From positions 49,538,001 to 49,602,000 of the forward strand of contig CM060731.1 in assembly GCA_030704615.1 (NCBI GenBank): 64,000 nucleotides of DNA. The letters are read 5' to 3'. The position numbers and the translations under genes were made by a program. Of the stretch, positions 24,573 to 36,917 are shown in pieces. The DNA comes from Takakia lepidozioides (lineage: Eukaryota; Plantae; Bryophyta). Position 1 is the stretch's first letter; every line of letters begins with the position of its first letter. The notes under the pieces were generated by a model. The model did not search any database. It saw only the letters and a list, made by a program, of their open reading frames with translations, and was not told the origin of the DNA.

Positions 24573-27500
24573 TTGAGAGAGATCAAAGTTGGGAATCATC
24601 TCACCCCTCAGCAGATCAGCCGCTTGCATGTGTTTCTCCGAGACAATCTCGATATCTTTAGTAAGGGACCCCGTGACTTAGGCCGCACTACCCTTCTTGA
24701 TCATGACATCATAACAGAAGGTAAGCCTATCAAACAACATGCCTATATGGAGAGTGTACGTGATCAATGAAAAGTAATTCAAGAGGAGATTCCAAGATGC
24801 TTGATGCGGGCATGATTACACCCTCCATATCTCCGTGGGCAAGTCCCATTGTCTTGGTAGGCAAGAATGATGGGTCTACCTGTTTTTGTGTGGATTTTAG
24901 GCGATTGAATGCTATCACTAACAAGGATGTTTACCCTTATGCATTAATGAGACTCTTGACCAGCTTAATGGTGCCACGATCTTCTCTTCATTGGACTTAG
25001 CATCAGGTTTTTGGCAAGTTCCCTTGACATCTGCTGCTAAAGAAAAAACTGCCTTCACCTGCAGGATGGGCCTCTTCTAGTTTGAAACAATGCCCTTCGG
25101 GCTTTGTAATGCCACTGCCACTTTCCAAAGACACAGGGACGTCGTCTTAGGCAACCTTTGTTGGGAGTGCGCTTTGATTTACATAGATGACATAAACATT
25201 TATTCTACAATGTTTGATGCTCATCTGCTGGACTTACAGAGGGTCGTATGCAGGCTATGTGCTGCAGGCCTCAAGGTTAAAGCCAAGAAATGTAACTTGT
25301 GTATGCAGGAGCAACTCCATTTTTTGGGACATCTGCTTTCTGCTGTTGGCATCAGTCCTGACCCAAGTAAAATACATGTTGTTTACGACTATCCTATCCC
25401 TTGCAACAAAACGTGTGTCAAGGCCTTTCTAGGCTTGGGATCATACTATCGTCATTTCATTTTTCAGTTTGGCAAGCTAGCTACTCCTTTCACTAGATTG
25501 TTGTCCAAAGATGTTCACTTTGTGTGGGGCGAGTGTGGGGCACTGTGCAGAGACTTCTGCCTTTGATAAACTCAAAATTGCATTAACCTCGACCCCTGTG
25601 CTTGCTTACCCTGATTTCACCTTACCCTTTCTCCTGTAAACTGATGCCAATGACTTGGCTACTTCTGCAATATTGAGCCAGATTCAAAATGGCAAGGAGC
25701 ATGCCATTGCATATGCTTCTCGCCGCCTTGACAAGCACGAGCGTAACTACTCTATCACTGACAAGGAAGGACTTGCAGTTATCTTTGGGGTCAAATATTT
25801 TAGGCAATACTTGCAAGGATGTCAGTTTACAATTGAGACTGATCATTTACCATTGAAGATCTTGCTTACTCCTCATGAACTAACTAGGCGTTTGGCTAGA
25901 TGGGTTCTGATTTGACAGGGCTATGACTTCAAGATATCTTATAAGAGAGGCAAAGACGACATCAATGCTGATGCTTTGACTCGTGGGGAAACCAAAACAC
26001 CTGACCCCTATACTACTCTAAACGATCTGTTCCTATTGCTTTACGACCATCTTTGTTATCTACTATGCATGTTTCTGATCCTTTTGCCTTGTGTCATCTG
26101 GACTATCCTTATGTTCCTCCTAATATGCTTGACACCTGGGATTTAGTTCAATTTGATGTTGGTTGAGTTTCCTGACTGGTTCTGGTATGGATTCAAGGCT
26201 GGCAATCTGCAGCAGACTCTGTCTCTCTCCCTTACCTTAGAACTGTTCATCTTTCCTGGCATCTACACTATTTTGTTTCCAAACCAAGGGATTGAGCTGC
26301 TCTCTACAACCTGTTTACTTACTCATAGGCAGCCATTTGAAAAAAGAAGTTGGGAATTCTGAGAGGAAGATAACAGGGGCGGACACTTCCTTCTCACCTG
26401 CACTAACCTACTATTGTGTGGCCATGCGTGATGTAGGCATGGATGATCTAGCGTACGATGCTCTCCTCCACAGGTGCAAAGCCGACACCCACCTTAGTGG
26501 CATATCCAAGCTACTCATGAAGCAAGTCAACTATCACTTACCCTGTAGACCACACTACAGCAAATGGGGGAGGTTTGCGACGCCAGCCGCGCCCCCACGC
26601 CCCGCTGGCGTGACACTAACCCCGCGGCGTTTTTTTGCGATGCCCCGGCGTCGCAATCCCCTGCTGTGACGCCCTTGCGACACCCTACCGTCGCAAGGTG
26701 GCATGAAGGGGAAATGGGGCCCCCCGCTGCGACGGATTTTTTTTTCTTGCGACGCCATACCAATAAAAAAGAAAAAAAAATGTTGCAACGCCAAAAGCGT
26801 CACTGAGGGCGCCACAGTGCCTCTGCGACGCTGGGGCGTCGCCAAAATGGGGGTTTGTTGTTGTTTTTTTTTTTTTTTTTTTGGGCTTTGCGGCCCTCAA
26901 CGTCACAAAAGCGTCGCTGGGGGCGTCCCGCGCTCAACGTTACGATGCCAGGGGTCGCAACGGTGTTGTAGTAAGCTTAGATCATCACAATGACATCGTT
27001 TGGGGCGCTTAACGGTGGAGCTGCAACAACGGCGACGACGCTGGGGCTGGGCACCAAGGCTGTGGAGGTTGCAACTCCCCGACGTCACAAGAGGGACCCC
27101 CCTTAGAAGGAACTTGAAAGAAATCTTGATATGTATATATATATTTAGATTGCTTTTGTGATACATAGATGTATCGTAGGTGTGTTGGTTAGTCTGTAGT
27201 GTCTTAGGAATGTTATAACGTGGAGGTCCTAGGTTCAAGTATGCATTGCCTAATATAGGTAGAACAATGAACATATCGCCATTGGACAGAACTGTAGTCA
27301 ATGGTCAACAAGTTTTTGAAATTCAAATTTCAAACTCAAAATTTCCCACCTAAATTCAAATGTACCCCCTTAAACTGCGACGTCCGGGGGTCGCACTTTG
27401 CGACACTTGGACGTTGCTAATTCGGCATTGCAGAGTAGGTTTTTTTTATTTTTTGCGACGCCTAGGCGTCGCAAATTGCAGTGGCACAAAATTGCAACCC

Positions 27501-28632
27501 CCATTGGTCGCAAAATTGCTGTGGAAGTCCCTTCTAGGTCCGCTGTCCCTGCTTTACTAGAATTGTACCATGCTTCCACTTATGTTGGCCATTTGGGGGT
27601 TACCAAAACTGTCAAAAGACTACAGGAGCAGTATCACTGGAAAGGCTTAATTAAAGATAGCTTTCATTGCAAGGTGTGTACCTTGTCATGCCAAGACCAT
27701 CCTACCTAGGACCGAAGCACCCTTACCTATGCAGCCAATCCCTGTGACTGAACCATTCGCCAGGGTTGGTATAGATCTTGTTGGACCGCTTAAATCCACG
27801 TCGAAGAGCTATGCATACCTTATTGTTGCTACGGATTACCTGACGAAATGGGTTGAGTTCCAACCTCTGGTTGCTAAGGATAGTGATGAGGTGGTACAGT
27901 TCTTCTTTGGTAAGGTGATCCTTCGCCATGGTTGCCCTCTTGAGATCCTCACGGATCAAGGTACAGAGTTCCGCAACCAATTTATGGAGATTGTCTTGTT
28001 TAATCTCAACACTAAGCATGCAGTCACTGCTCCTTATAATCCCCAATGCAATGGTTTGACAGAACGATTTAACAAAACTATGTGCCAGATGCTAGAAAAG
28101 AATGGATCTCTCATTGATGAATGGGATATTGTCGTGCCTATTCTGTTCTTTGCCTATCGGACTTCTATCCATGCCAGTACCAAGATCTCGCCTTTTGAAT
28201 TTGTGTATGGTAGAAAATGTAGAACTCCTTTGCATATTTCCTGGCTGCAGGTCTCAACCTGAAAATTGGGAAGAATTTTTGCTTTCCATAGATGCTAAAC
28301 GTCGTCGTTTGCGAGAAACAGCCAAGTCTATCATTGTTTTTGCTCAGGCTTCTCAGGCCAAGAATTATAACCGGCAGGTTGTGTATTTTGAGTCTTTCAA
28401 GGTAAGGCAGTCTATTTGTGTAAGGCTCCAGCGTGGTAAGCAGGTATCTAAAGCTAAGCGGAGGATTGATGGACCTTACCTGATTTCTGAAATTCTTCCT
28501 GGTAGGCAGTATGTATTGTTTCCTCAACATGCTTCCACTCCTCACCTAGCTAGCTCTATTCATGTTTCATTACTTGTTCCATGTAAGCTTAGTACTTTTG
28601 ATCTAACCTGTTTGAATGTTGAGAACCGCTAG
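24573..28632 (+). pseudogene. pol: Old Ty3/Gypsy pol remnant (RT, RNase H, integrase) of a different lineage, interrupted between RH and INT
   Basis: SPWASPIVLVGK, CVDFRRLN, MPFGLCNA, YIDD; TDA..IAYASR..KEGLAV..ETDH; H..GHLG..C..C; GIDLVGP, TDQGTEF, PQCNGLTERFN. Multiple stops. Confidence 0.9.
26553..27515. mobile_element. CACTA (En/Spm) element end with subterminal repeats, inserted in the Gypsy remnant
   Basis: CACTACAGCAAA at 26553 followed by many direct and inverted TTGCGACGCC/GGCGTCGCAA motifs. Confidence 0.75.
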
Positions 28633-29027
28633 GTGATTTTCACACCTACATCTTGAACAGTTCGTGCTCAGGCCGTGGCTTCTTCCACTGTAGAGTAGTT
28701 TTGAATTTCGTGCTAGTTTTCTACACCGATTGTAGCACTTGGGGTTTTTCCTAGGGGCTGTTTTGTCCTTAGCCCAGCTTGCAGGGCAATGTTTTCTTCC
28801 CCTAGGTTTTTTTCATCCCTCGTGTAACGGGTGTATAGTTTGTTTAGGCTAGATTCTTCTTCGTTCTTCCTGAGCCCTTAGCTCGTAGGAGCTCGCAATT
28901 GTAGAGGCCCCAACATGCTTCACATATGTGGAGCTGAGATTCCTCCTCGCCTGTTTTCTCCACTTGGATGAATGGAGGGAGGATGCCTCCGGACGAAGTA
29001 GGGATGGACGGAACCAGGATATAGTCT

Positions 29028-29527
29028 NNNNNNNNNNNNNNNNNNNNNNNNNNNNNNNNNNNNNNNNNNNNNNNNNNNNNNNNNNNNNNNNNNNNNNNNN
29101 NNNNNNNNNNNNNNNNNNNNNNNNNNNNNNNNNNNNNNNNNNNNNNNNNNNNNNNNNNNNNNNNNNNNNNNNNNNNNNNNNNNNNNNNNNNNNNNNNNNN
29201 NNNNNNNNNNNNNNNNNNNNNNNNNNNNNNNNNNNNNNNNNNNNNNNNNNNNNNNNNNNNNNNNNNNNNNNNNNNNNNNNNNNNNNNNNNNNNNNNNNNN
29301 NNNNNNNNNNNNNNNNNNNNNNNNNNNNNNNNNNNNNNNNNNNNNNNNNNNNNNNNNNNNNNNNNNNNNNNNNNNNNNNNNNNNNNNNNNNNNNNNNNNN
29401 NNNNNNNNNNNNNNNNNNNNNNNNNNNNNNNNNNNNNNNNNNNNNNNNNNNNNNNNNNNNNNNNNNNNNNNNNNNNNNNNNNNNNNNNNNNNNNNNNNNN
29501 NNNNNNNNNNNNNNNNNNNNNNNNNNN
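29028..29527. other. Assembly gap (500 N)
   Basis: Run of N. Confidence 1.
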
Positions 29528-30252
29528 TGCGACACCCGGGCGTCGCACGTATCCTCTGCGACGCTCCCGCAATGCTGCGAATCCCAAGAATTGCAACAAC
29601 ACCCCCTCACACTTAGGCGCATGGGGAGGGCCGAGCCAGCTCGCGCTGTGGTTTGTGACGTCCCGACGTCGCAGAATTGCCACAATGGTGACGTTGCGAT
29701 TCCCCGCAGTCGCAGGCCTGTTGGGGCGTCGCAAGTGCCCTCTTGCCTGGGGGTCTAGGATTGGGAATTGCTACGTAATAATTTTTTTTGGCTATGTTTT
29801 GTTTTGTGAATTCGACCCTTGCACCACTACATCCGTACAAACTATTGGACCATATGCTTAATGACAGCGTTTGTAATGCAGGTGCAAATTTTGGGAGTGA
29901 ACAAAAATCATTTGGACTGAAAACCATATTTTCTTCCCTCATATGCACTCCGAAGTTGAGTTCTTTTCAACTTCATGCACTCTCCGTAGAGAGTTTCGCA
30001 ATAGTGAGTGAAGGAATTTTTTTATTTTTTTATTTTATTTTTTTTGGTCCAATTTTTTCCATGGATGTAGTGGTCTGGGGTTTGCATTCACAGAACAAAA
30101 TAGAGCTAAAACAAAAATCATCGCGTAGGAAAAATCTGCAATCATAGATATTGTAAATGCAGGGGGTTTGCGACCTCCAGGGGTCTCCTTGCGATGGTAT
30201 TGCGACGGCATTGCGATGCCCCAACAGGTCTGCGACGGCGGGGAATCGCAAT
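29528..30252. repeat. CACTA subterminal repeat cluster
   Basis: Same TGCGAC/GTCGCA motif family as 26553-27515, lying downstream of the CACTA transposase fragment. Confidence 0.7.
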
Positions 30253-30659
30253 ATTGTCTTTTCTGTGTCTTTGCAAAGGTCATGGCAGAGGCCAAGCTGA
30301 ATGGATCCATTGTTGCAAATCTTTTTAGTCCTCCTCCTGTGCTACAATATAATATGTCTATTTCTTTCTGTTGCATCGAGATCATGATAACCAAATCGAT
30401 TGAAGGGTTTCCAGGGGTAAGTCTTGGTCAGCACTTGTAGAACAAGAACCATATCTTCCAACATTCTTGCCCTCGTACAAAAACTCAACAATCCTAGAGT
30501 CACTTTTCGAGTCACAACTTCACTAAAATCATTCCTAGATCGCCACACCTACAAAGGATTTTTTTCATGGATTTTTCATTAATCAATCATAGAAATAAGC
30601 TACATGCATGTACATGTACAATCAATCGAAGGGATGGGTACAGTTATGTGCGAGAATTA

Positions 30660-31630
30660 TTATGTAGCTTTGATTACGTGTCTAATCGACTTGAACATCA
30701 TCATCCGGAGCTTCTTCGTCATCATCAAGCTGCAAGTCTTCTTGCTCATCAGAGTCATTGTCATAAATGCTCTGGTCACCAAAATGCACATCTGAATCAT
30801 CTTCCACCTCGGTTTCAATGACCATGTCTTCATCTTCTTCTCCAACATCCGCATCTGATGGAGCCTCATCGTATAGGGTCCGGGATGCATTGTCCGGGGC
30901 GTCATCATTCTCTTGTACCCTCTCTATCCAACCTCGGCCAACATCAGCGTCATCATGATCATTCTCTTCCTCCTCCGCATTTGCCTCGCCCCATGTAGAT
31001 CCCCGACCATGATAGATACGTCTTCTTCTTGGCTGAGCATGCACAACCACCTTCCAATTTCCTGATCCGGAGAAGAAAACTTGATCCATGTCTGAAGGCC
31101 ATGAAAAAGGCTCATCGGAGGGACGATGAGTAGACTCGAGTCTATCTGTATTAACGCGCATGAAAACATACTCGTCTTCCACTACTATTGCGGATGGCCC
31201 CACAAATTGTGGCTGGAACCACCTTGCCTTGAAGATAAGAGGCCGTTGCCTTGTATACTGAAGTTAGAGTATGCTCTCAAACTCTCCAAAATAGTTGAGT
31301 GTGCTCATGGTAGGTCGTGTATCTCCCCTGCCCCATACGGAGTCTTGCCAATATGAGGCACACAAGCCAGAATAAAACGTTGTTTTGCGCTTCATATCAA
31401 GAGCATGAATGCGGAAATGACAACCATGAACCCAAACCGCTGTGTATGAGGTCGCAAATTGAGAGGGGCCCCTTGCAATGTCTTGCACCAAATCTGAAAC
31501 CACCTCACATTTCGCAATGCTATCCTCTACTTCAGTCCGAAGCCAATGGCGGAATGAACTTAGAGGCTGCAATTCCATGGGCAATTCCTGTGAAGGCACA
31601 TTCTTACGCCGGCCCCTTGCTCGCGGAGCG
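30660..31630 (-). pseudogene. C-terminal part of a CACTA TnpD/TNP2-like transposase (DUF4216-like region) with acidic tail
   Basis: ARGPSQFATSYTAVWVHGCHFR...YFGEFESIL*LQY...IFKARWF...DEPFSWPSDMDQVFF...WKVVV; in-frame stop at 31264; cut at ~31632 by an LTR. Confidence 0.85.
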
Positions 31631-31632
31631 CG

Positions 31633-32031
31633 TGTAGCGCCCTGAGGCCTTTGGGTTCATACAACAGAGGGTAGTCAAGACAAAACAAGAACTATTCTGA
31701 GATGATACACATTCTCACCATATCACGTTCTCTCATAATGCACATTCTCTCCATCTCACATTCACTCTACATAGAGATACTTCGAATAGCATGGCTTACT
31801 TCAGAGCTCGTCACATCATCACAGAAGTACACACTGATCCCTGATACTCATACTACACACCTTCTAAGTTGCTTGCTGTCTTTTTATACTATGCTCAAAA
31901 GAGCCGTTACAGTCTGTGGTCGTTAATGACCGTTTGCCTAACTGCCTACGCAACCTAAAAGGTTTGCTAAAAAGTGCCTCGTTGCAGTGTTCGTGAGCCA
32001 TAGTGGTAAACGGTCCACTACTCTCTCTATT
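31633..32031 (+). repeat. 5' LTR of a third Gypsy element, split by the Mutator-like element (last ~15 bp at 46738-46753)
   Basis: Starts TGTAGCGCCC where the CACTA coding sequence stops. Removing the MULE joins it to the PBS at 46754. No partner LTR is visible. Confidence 0.6.
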
Positions 32032-32135
32032 GAGGTTTACTATTTCATGAGCAGAAACCATGAGCCATGAGCCATGAGCCGCATGAGCCGCATGAGCGGT
32101 GAGCCGAAGTCTAAGATACGCGGATTTCATGAGCG
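32032..32135 (+). repeat. Left TIR with CATGAGC heptamer repeats
   Basis: tatttcatgagc-agaaac-catgagc-catgagc-catgagc-cgcatgagc-cgcatgagc. Confidence 0.85.
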
Positions 32136-32882
32136 GACTCCTCCAAATTTGGAAATGCGGCAGATTAAACAAGTATTAAAATAATAGTTTTTTATTTGAC
32201 CTTGCCGTTTTTGGACGTTCCAGATCATGTAATGCGGCGAAGATATGTCGTCAGTAACAAGTCCGCTCATGGTTTTATAGATCCGCTCATGGAAATAAGT
32301 GACCGTGCAACGGGAAATCCAGTATACCACTGCAAAAGGACGTCGCATACTGGCCTGTATAGAGTATTCCGCGGTTTTACATGCCTTAACATTGGAATGA
32401 AGCTGACCCTTTTGCCGCGATTGAACCAATGGAGTCTGCACCAATACACTCTGCAGTACTTCACAATTCTGTCTTCTTCGGGTATTCGGCGGGAAAGGTT
32501 TGCAACTGAACTGGGAAATAGGGTGCCGCATTAGGGATCGCACGTGCGAAATTTCGGAGCGGTTTGGTGTTGGCGAAGGCCGCCTCTGGGGGTACCTACG
32601 ACGATACTTGGAAATTCGGCGCCGCATTTCCTTGTCGGAGGTCGAATGAGGAGAGCAAGTTTTCGGAAAGCAGAAAAACATGAACCCTCCAACATACAAA
32701 AATACATGCACGTGGAAACAAGTGAACGATATAGTAATATCTTAGTTCGATCAAAACAGGTTACTGGTAGGCAAGACATATGTCGGACCTTTGTGTGGCC
32801 AGAGTCTGAGGTACTGGCAGCAGTACAGTTCTACTATCCGAAAAGGATGGGCGTACCATTGTATGTGGACCGCAAGCCAAGC

Positions 32883-35800
32883 TCACTGGTCCCCTGGATC
32901 CATATTCAGAAGAGTGTGAACCTCCTGGGGGCTCAACCCTGGTGCATGTATGAAGTGATGAGTTGTGGAATTACAACGGAGTCTCTTTAGGTACACGTAG
33001 TACAAATGCTTGCAAGGGCAGTATGATGCCCCCTTGTTCGCCATGATCTGGAAGTCGGTGCAATTGCAGGTGGGTAATTCTGAAATGGTGATGGTGTACA
33101 CCTCATTGCGAACAGCTGAGCCCGCCGTGGCCATCTGATACACACGCCCGAATCCTGGTGGGGGCACTTCTGTCGAGCTCTGGATTGTACAGTTCATCCG
33201 AAGTGCATTCCCCATCCTTGTCTCGTTCACTTTTGAGGGAGGTCGCCGCCTCTTTGGTTTCCCCCAACGGTGTGTAGGATGCTTAGAGTTGTCGTGTCCC
33301 ATTGTTCTTGCTCTCACAGGGGTCGGTGGTGGAGGCTGTGGAAGCGGAAATGGTTCTCTGGGGACGTCAGTGCGCTGCACCATCCGAAATCCTGCGGCGG
33401 TAAGGGCGTCGGCCTCAACCTGACTCAGATCGCAGCCTGGTTCCACCGGCCACACCGGGGGAGCCTCTGGCATTGTCTGTATGCCGTACTTGGGCTTTCC
33501 ATACACGCAAGTCATAATGTCGTGCCTGCAGAACCAGAACTGGGTGGTTGTCGCCTCCGCAAACTTTGCATGGACAAATCTTCCTGTAAAAGTAGGAGCA
33601 GGGACAGCCCCATCTGGATTCCTCCTTATCATCTCTAAACAACGTTGCCGTGTATCCACACGAATTGCGGAACACCTTCCTCGAAACGACGGCTTTGTGC
33701 GAGCAATTCTCCACTGTGAGGCAGACACAGTCGTCTCCACAATGGCTTGGCCATACTGCATAACAGCGGGCGGAATGTGGGGCAAGGGAGCGGTGGGAAT
33801 TTGTTGCACGAAATCCCCGGTTGAAGGCGACGGCGATCTGGAATTTCTTGGGCTTCCACTGCTGGAAGACACATTGTGCGGCAACATGACGGGACCTCGA
33901 GGTGCTGTCCGAATGTTCCTGTCGGATCTCCAGGAATCCTCTTCGCACCCGGGTTCCTCTTCAATCCTCCGCCTGACAGGGCGAGTCCGGACGTCCCCCT
34001 CTAGGTGTTCACCTCTGCGGTGCAGAGGCGTCCCTTTGATCTTGTCTCGCAATGCTGTCGCCCATTTCACTGGATTCTTGGACCTCGAAGCTGTTCGTAC
34101 CAACAATTCCTCCCTGTCCGGCCCAAAGCCCCATTGTTTGCCGCTCAGGAACTTGTAGTACGTGGCTTGCTGCATGATTGCTCTGTCGATGTCCTCCGTT
34201 GTGGCCGTCACTACGTCCACCAGATGTGCGGCAGAAGACGCTCGCCAGGAGGAGTGGACCGATTCTGCCATATTCGTGTTCGGCATGTCCGTGTCGGAAT
34301 CCAAGCACCGCTCCTAGAAGGACACAAACAACGGTGAGGGACCAATCCAAATGTCCGTAACAGAAAGACAAATGAACGAAATTGACAGCAGCCTACCTCC
34401 CGCATGTACTGTCCGAACTGTCGATACCGAAAATGCCACCACCCCAACCAGCTGTGCAATGCTCCCAGATTGGTTGTCTCCACTGCACCTGACGTGTTCC
34501 ACCAAGCCTCGATGATAGCAAACTTAACCTCCGCATCATCAAATGTGGGTGCATCCTTCTACGCCGTACAAAGGACACGGTGTTCAGCCTGGAATGAGCT
34601 AGCAACAAATTTGGTAGTGTAGTGGGATAGACTCTGCATCCAATGGAATCCACAGGATCTCTCTTTCCCCTCCATTGGAACATTGGGGTCCTCACCGTAC
34701 ACACGCCGCACCGCTGCCCAGTTGGCCTGAGCGTTGTCTGCCATGAATCCCCTGAAATTGGGCTCTGGCAATCCCGCCCTTGCCATCTGCTCGTTTATGC
34801 CCCCCCACAGATGCATCTCGGACTGTGTGTCCTCCCCTTTCATCTCGCAGATTGCAATCGTCATGAGCCTCTTGGAGTGATAGTCATAAACATGCGCACC
34901 CATAGTCACCCACTGATGGTTTGTAATTCGCTTGATGTGATCAAACATCACCCAAGCATTCGACAAGTTTCCAGTTGTCATGCGAGTGACCAAGTCGACT
35001 CCACTCCCAGGCCCACACGTCGACATTTTGAAAATGTAACAACGATCGGATTCGCTGCCTTGCCCTGGAAACCTGCTACCTTGGATGTAGTCATATCCAG
35101 TCATTCGTTTCACCTCCAGGATTGAGTACATGTCCGACCCCCTGCCGAACTCCTGCTTGCAAGATACGATGTGATTCCGCACATTCGGACTACAAACGTG
35201 CGAGACGGACTCCAAGAGGTCACGCATCTCGTCTTCGGTCAAGGGCTCTCGGTCGGAACCATCTTCAGACATGATTTTGCCAAGAGCAATCTTGTGGGCT
35301 GCCTTCAGCTGAATCTGCTTTGGTCTGGCTCCGGGGCTCAATTTGACCTCCTCTTTTATGATGTCGTGTGCTTCCTGCACAGCCTCACGCATGTTGCCTC
35401 TCGCCAAGGGGTGGCAGTGGACCCCAACGTGTATGCAAGCTCTAGTCAAGTCCGGGAGCAAATGGATTACGTAATATTGCTTGGCTCTGCACATGGACAT
35501 GCACGTCGGTGGTTCTTTGCAATGTGCACACTTGAAAGAACCCGCAGGAGCTTGGCTGGAGACAATGAATGGATGATGCGTTGTGCCAGTCCAATCCGTC
35601 TCGTTTCTCCGCCCTCCTTTGGAGAGAAAGTGGAAGCAGGTGGGATTGAGGCACCTCAGCTTCCCCGCACAGAGGACATATCGTACACGAACACCATCAG
35701 CAATTTTCGTGCTACTGGTCTTCGTCACACACCAGGGGTGTCCGTCATGCTTTCGATCCATGTCTGTTAACATCCCGGAGGCTTTGTTTGACGAAGAAAC

Positions 35801-36490
35801 ACGTGGAAACTCGAAGATGACATTGCCATCGACTTCGGGAGGCAGAAAAGTTACCTTTCTGACTGGGAATTTGGCATAGTCGAGAGCAGCCAGCTCGGAG
35901 CGAGAACCATCGAGGTGATGTTGTCGTAGGAGCTGCACAATGGACCGGGTTGGAGTTATGCTCGAGGGCACATTCGTAGCACCTACAGAGACGTCCATGC
36001 CGGATTTGAACGACCGTGTGGAGGACATGGGTACCTCAATGCAATCATCTTCCTCGTCGGAAATGTCGAATACGTGCACACGAGAAGCTATGGAGGGTCT
36101 TGACGGTCCAGGTCGGGAATGATTATCGTTGCATACCTCTCTGTTGGCAGTGGCCGCCTCTCGGTTTCCGGACTCCTTTGTGGATGGTGTGGGCAGCGAC
36201 TGATTCGGAAAGGGAATGGGCATTCCCACAGCTCGGTACAGGATGGTGTCTGACGGGGGAACGTGCCATTCGATTCCGCAACCTCCGTCGTTACCTAGCA
36301 CGACAATGGTCTCGTCAACCTGTCCAGGAACATCCTTCCTTTCTTCTTCCAAATAAACTGTGCCCGGTTTGAGCTTGAATTTGGAACAAAGGTAAGTTTC
36401 AGTCACTCTGCAAAGTCCTCCCTCGTTTGGGATCCAGGCTCTCCCAAGTTGCGGAGGACAGCAAACTATAGCGTAGGAATTCGGAGCCAT
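32883..36490 (-). CDS. MULE-type transposase with GCM-like N-terminal Zn domain, DDE core and C-terminal SWIM finger; one intron (34314-34396) and one in-frame stop (34559-34561)
   Basis: CAGKLRCLNPTC...CAHC...C...HVGVHCHP (GCM/WRKY-like); VMFDH (D1), FMADN (D2), CGFHW (CxxH), TNMAESVH (E); CNCTDF...CPCKHLYYV (SWIM). The start Met at 36490 is inferred. Confidence 0.85.
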
Positions 36491-36917
36491 CGAACACCGC
36501 ACGGAGTTGGCAAGTGCGAGGTTCCGTATAGCGACAGACCAAGGCTCACAGGCACCATCTAAGTGGATCTGCGGAGTCCATCGACAATTGGAAGTCGCAC
36601 ATTGAAGTGGAAAGTATTGTTTCAAGCTACATGCATGAAGGTGGGAGGTTTGATTCCATAGCCAGTGAGTAGGACAATGATGGCCGATTCGGCGACGAAA
36701 TAACATCTCCTGACAGTTTCTCCTGAGGGTGGATCCAGCAGTATTCTCGGTGCAGACAGGAACGTTCGCACTGACAAGTGCCAGGACTGCTGGTTAAAAC
36801 GGTCAGACAACCAAGTTGTGCTCATCAAGACTGGCCGCAATTGTGTTGTTTCGGAACAATGCAACCCATTGAGGTTCCAGATTTCCCGTCCCGAGTGATT
36901 CTGTCGATTGCTGGTGG

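Noticed and set aside
26553-26973. Complete miniature CACTA element
   Set aside because: The putative right end (TGTTGTAGTA) is imperfect, there is no matching 3-bp TSD, and subterminal motifs continue beyond it.
28844-29758. ORFs of 276-296 aa
   Set aside because: They run through the N gap.
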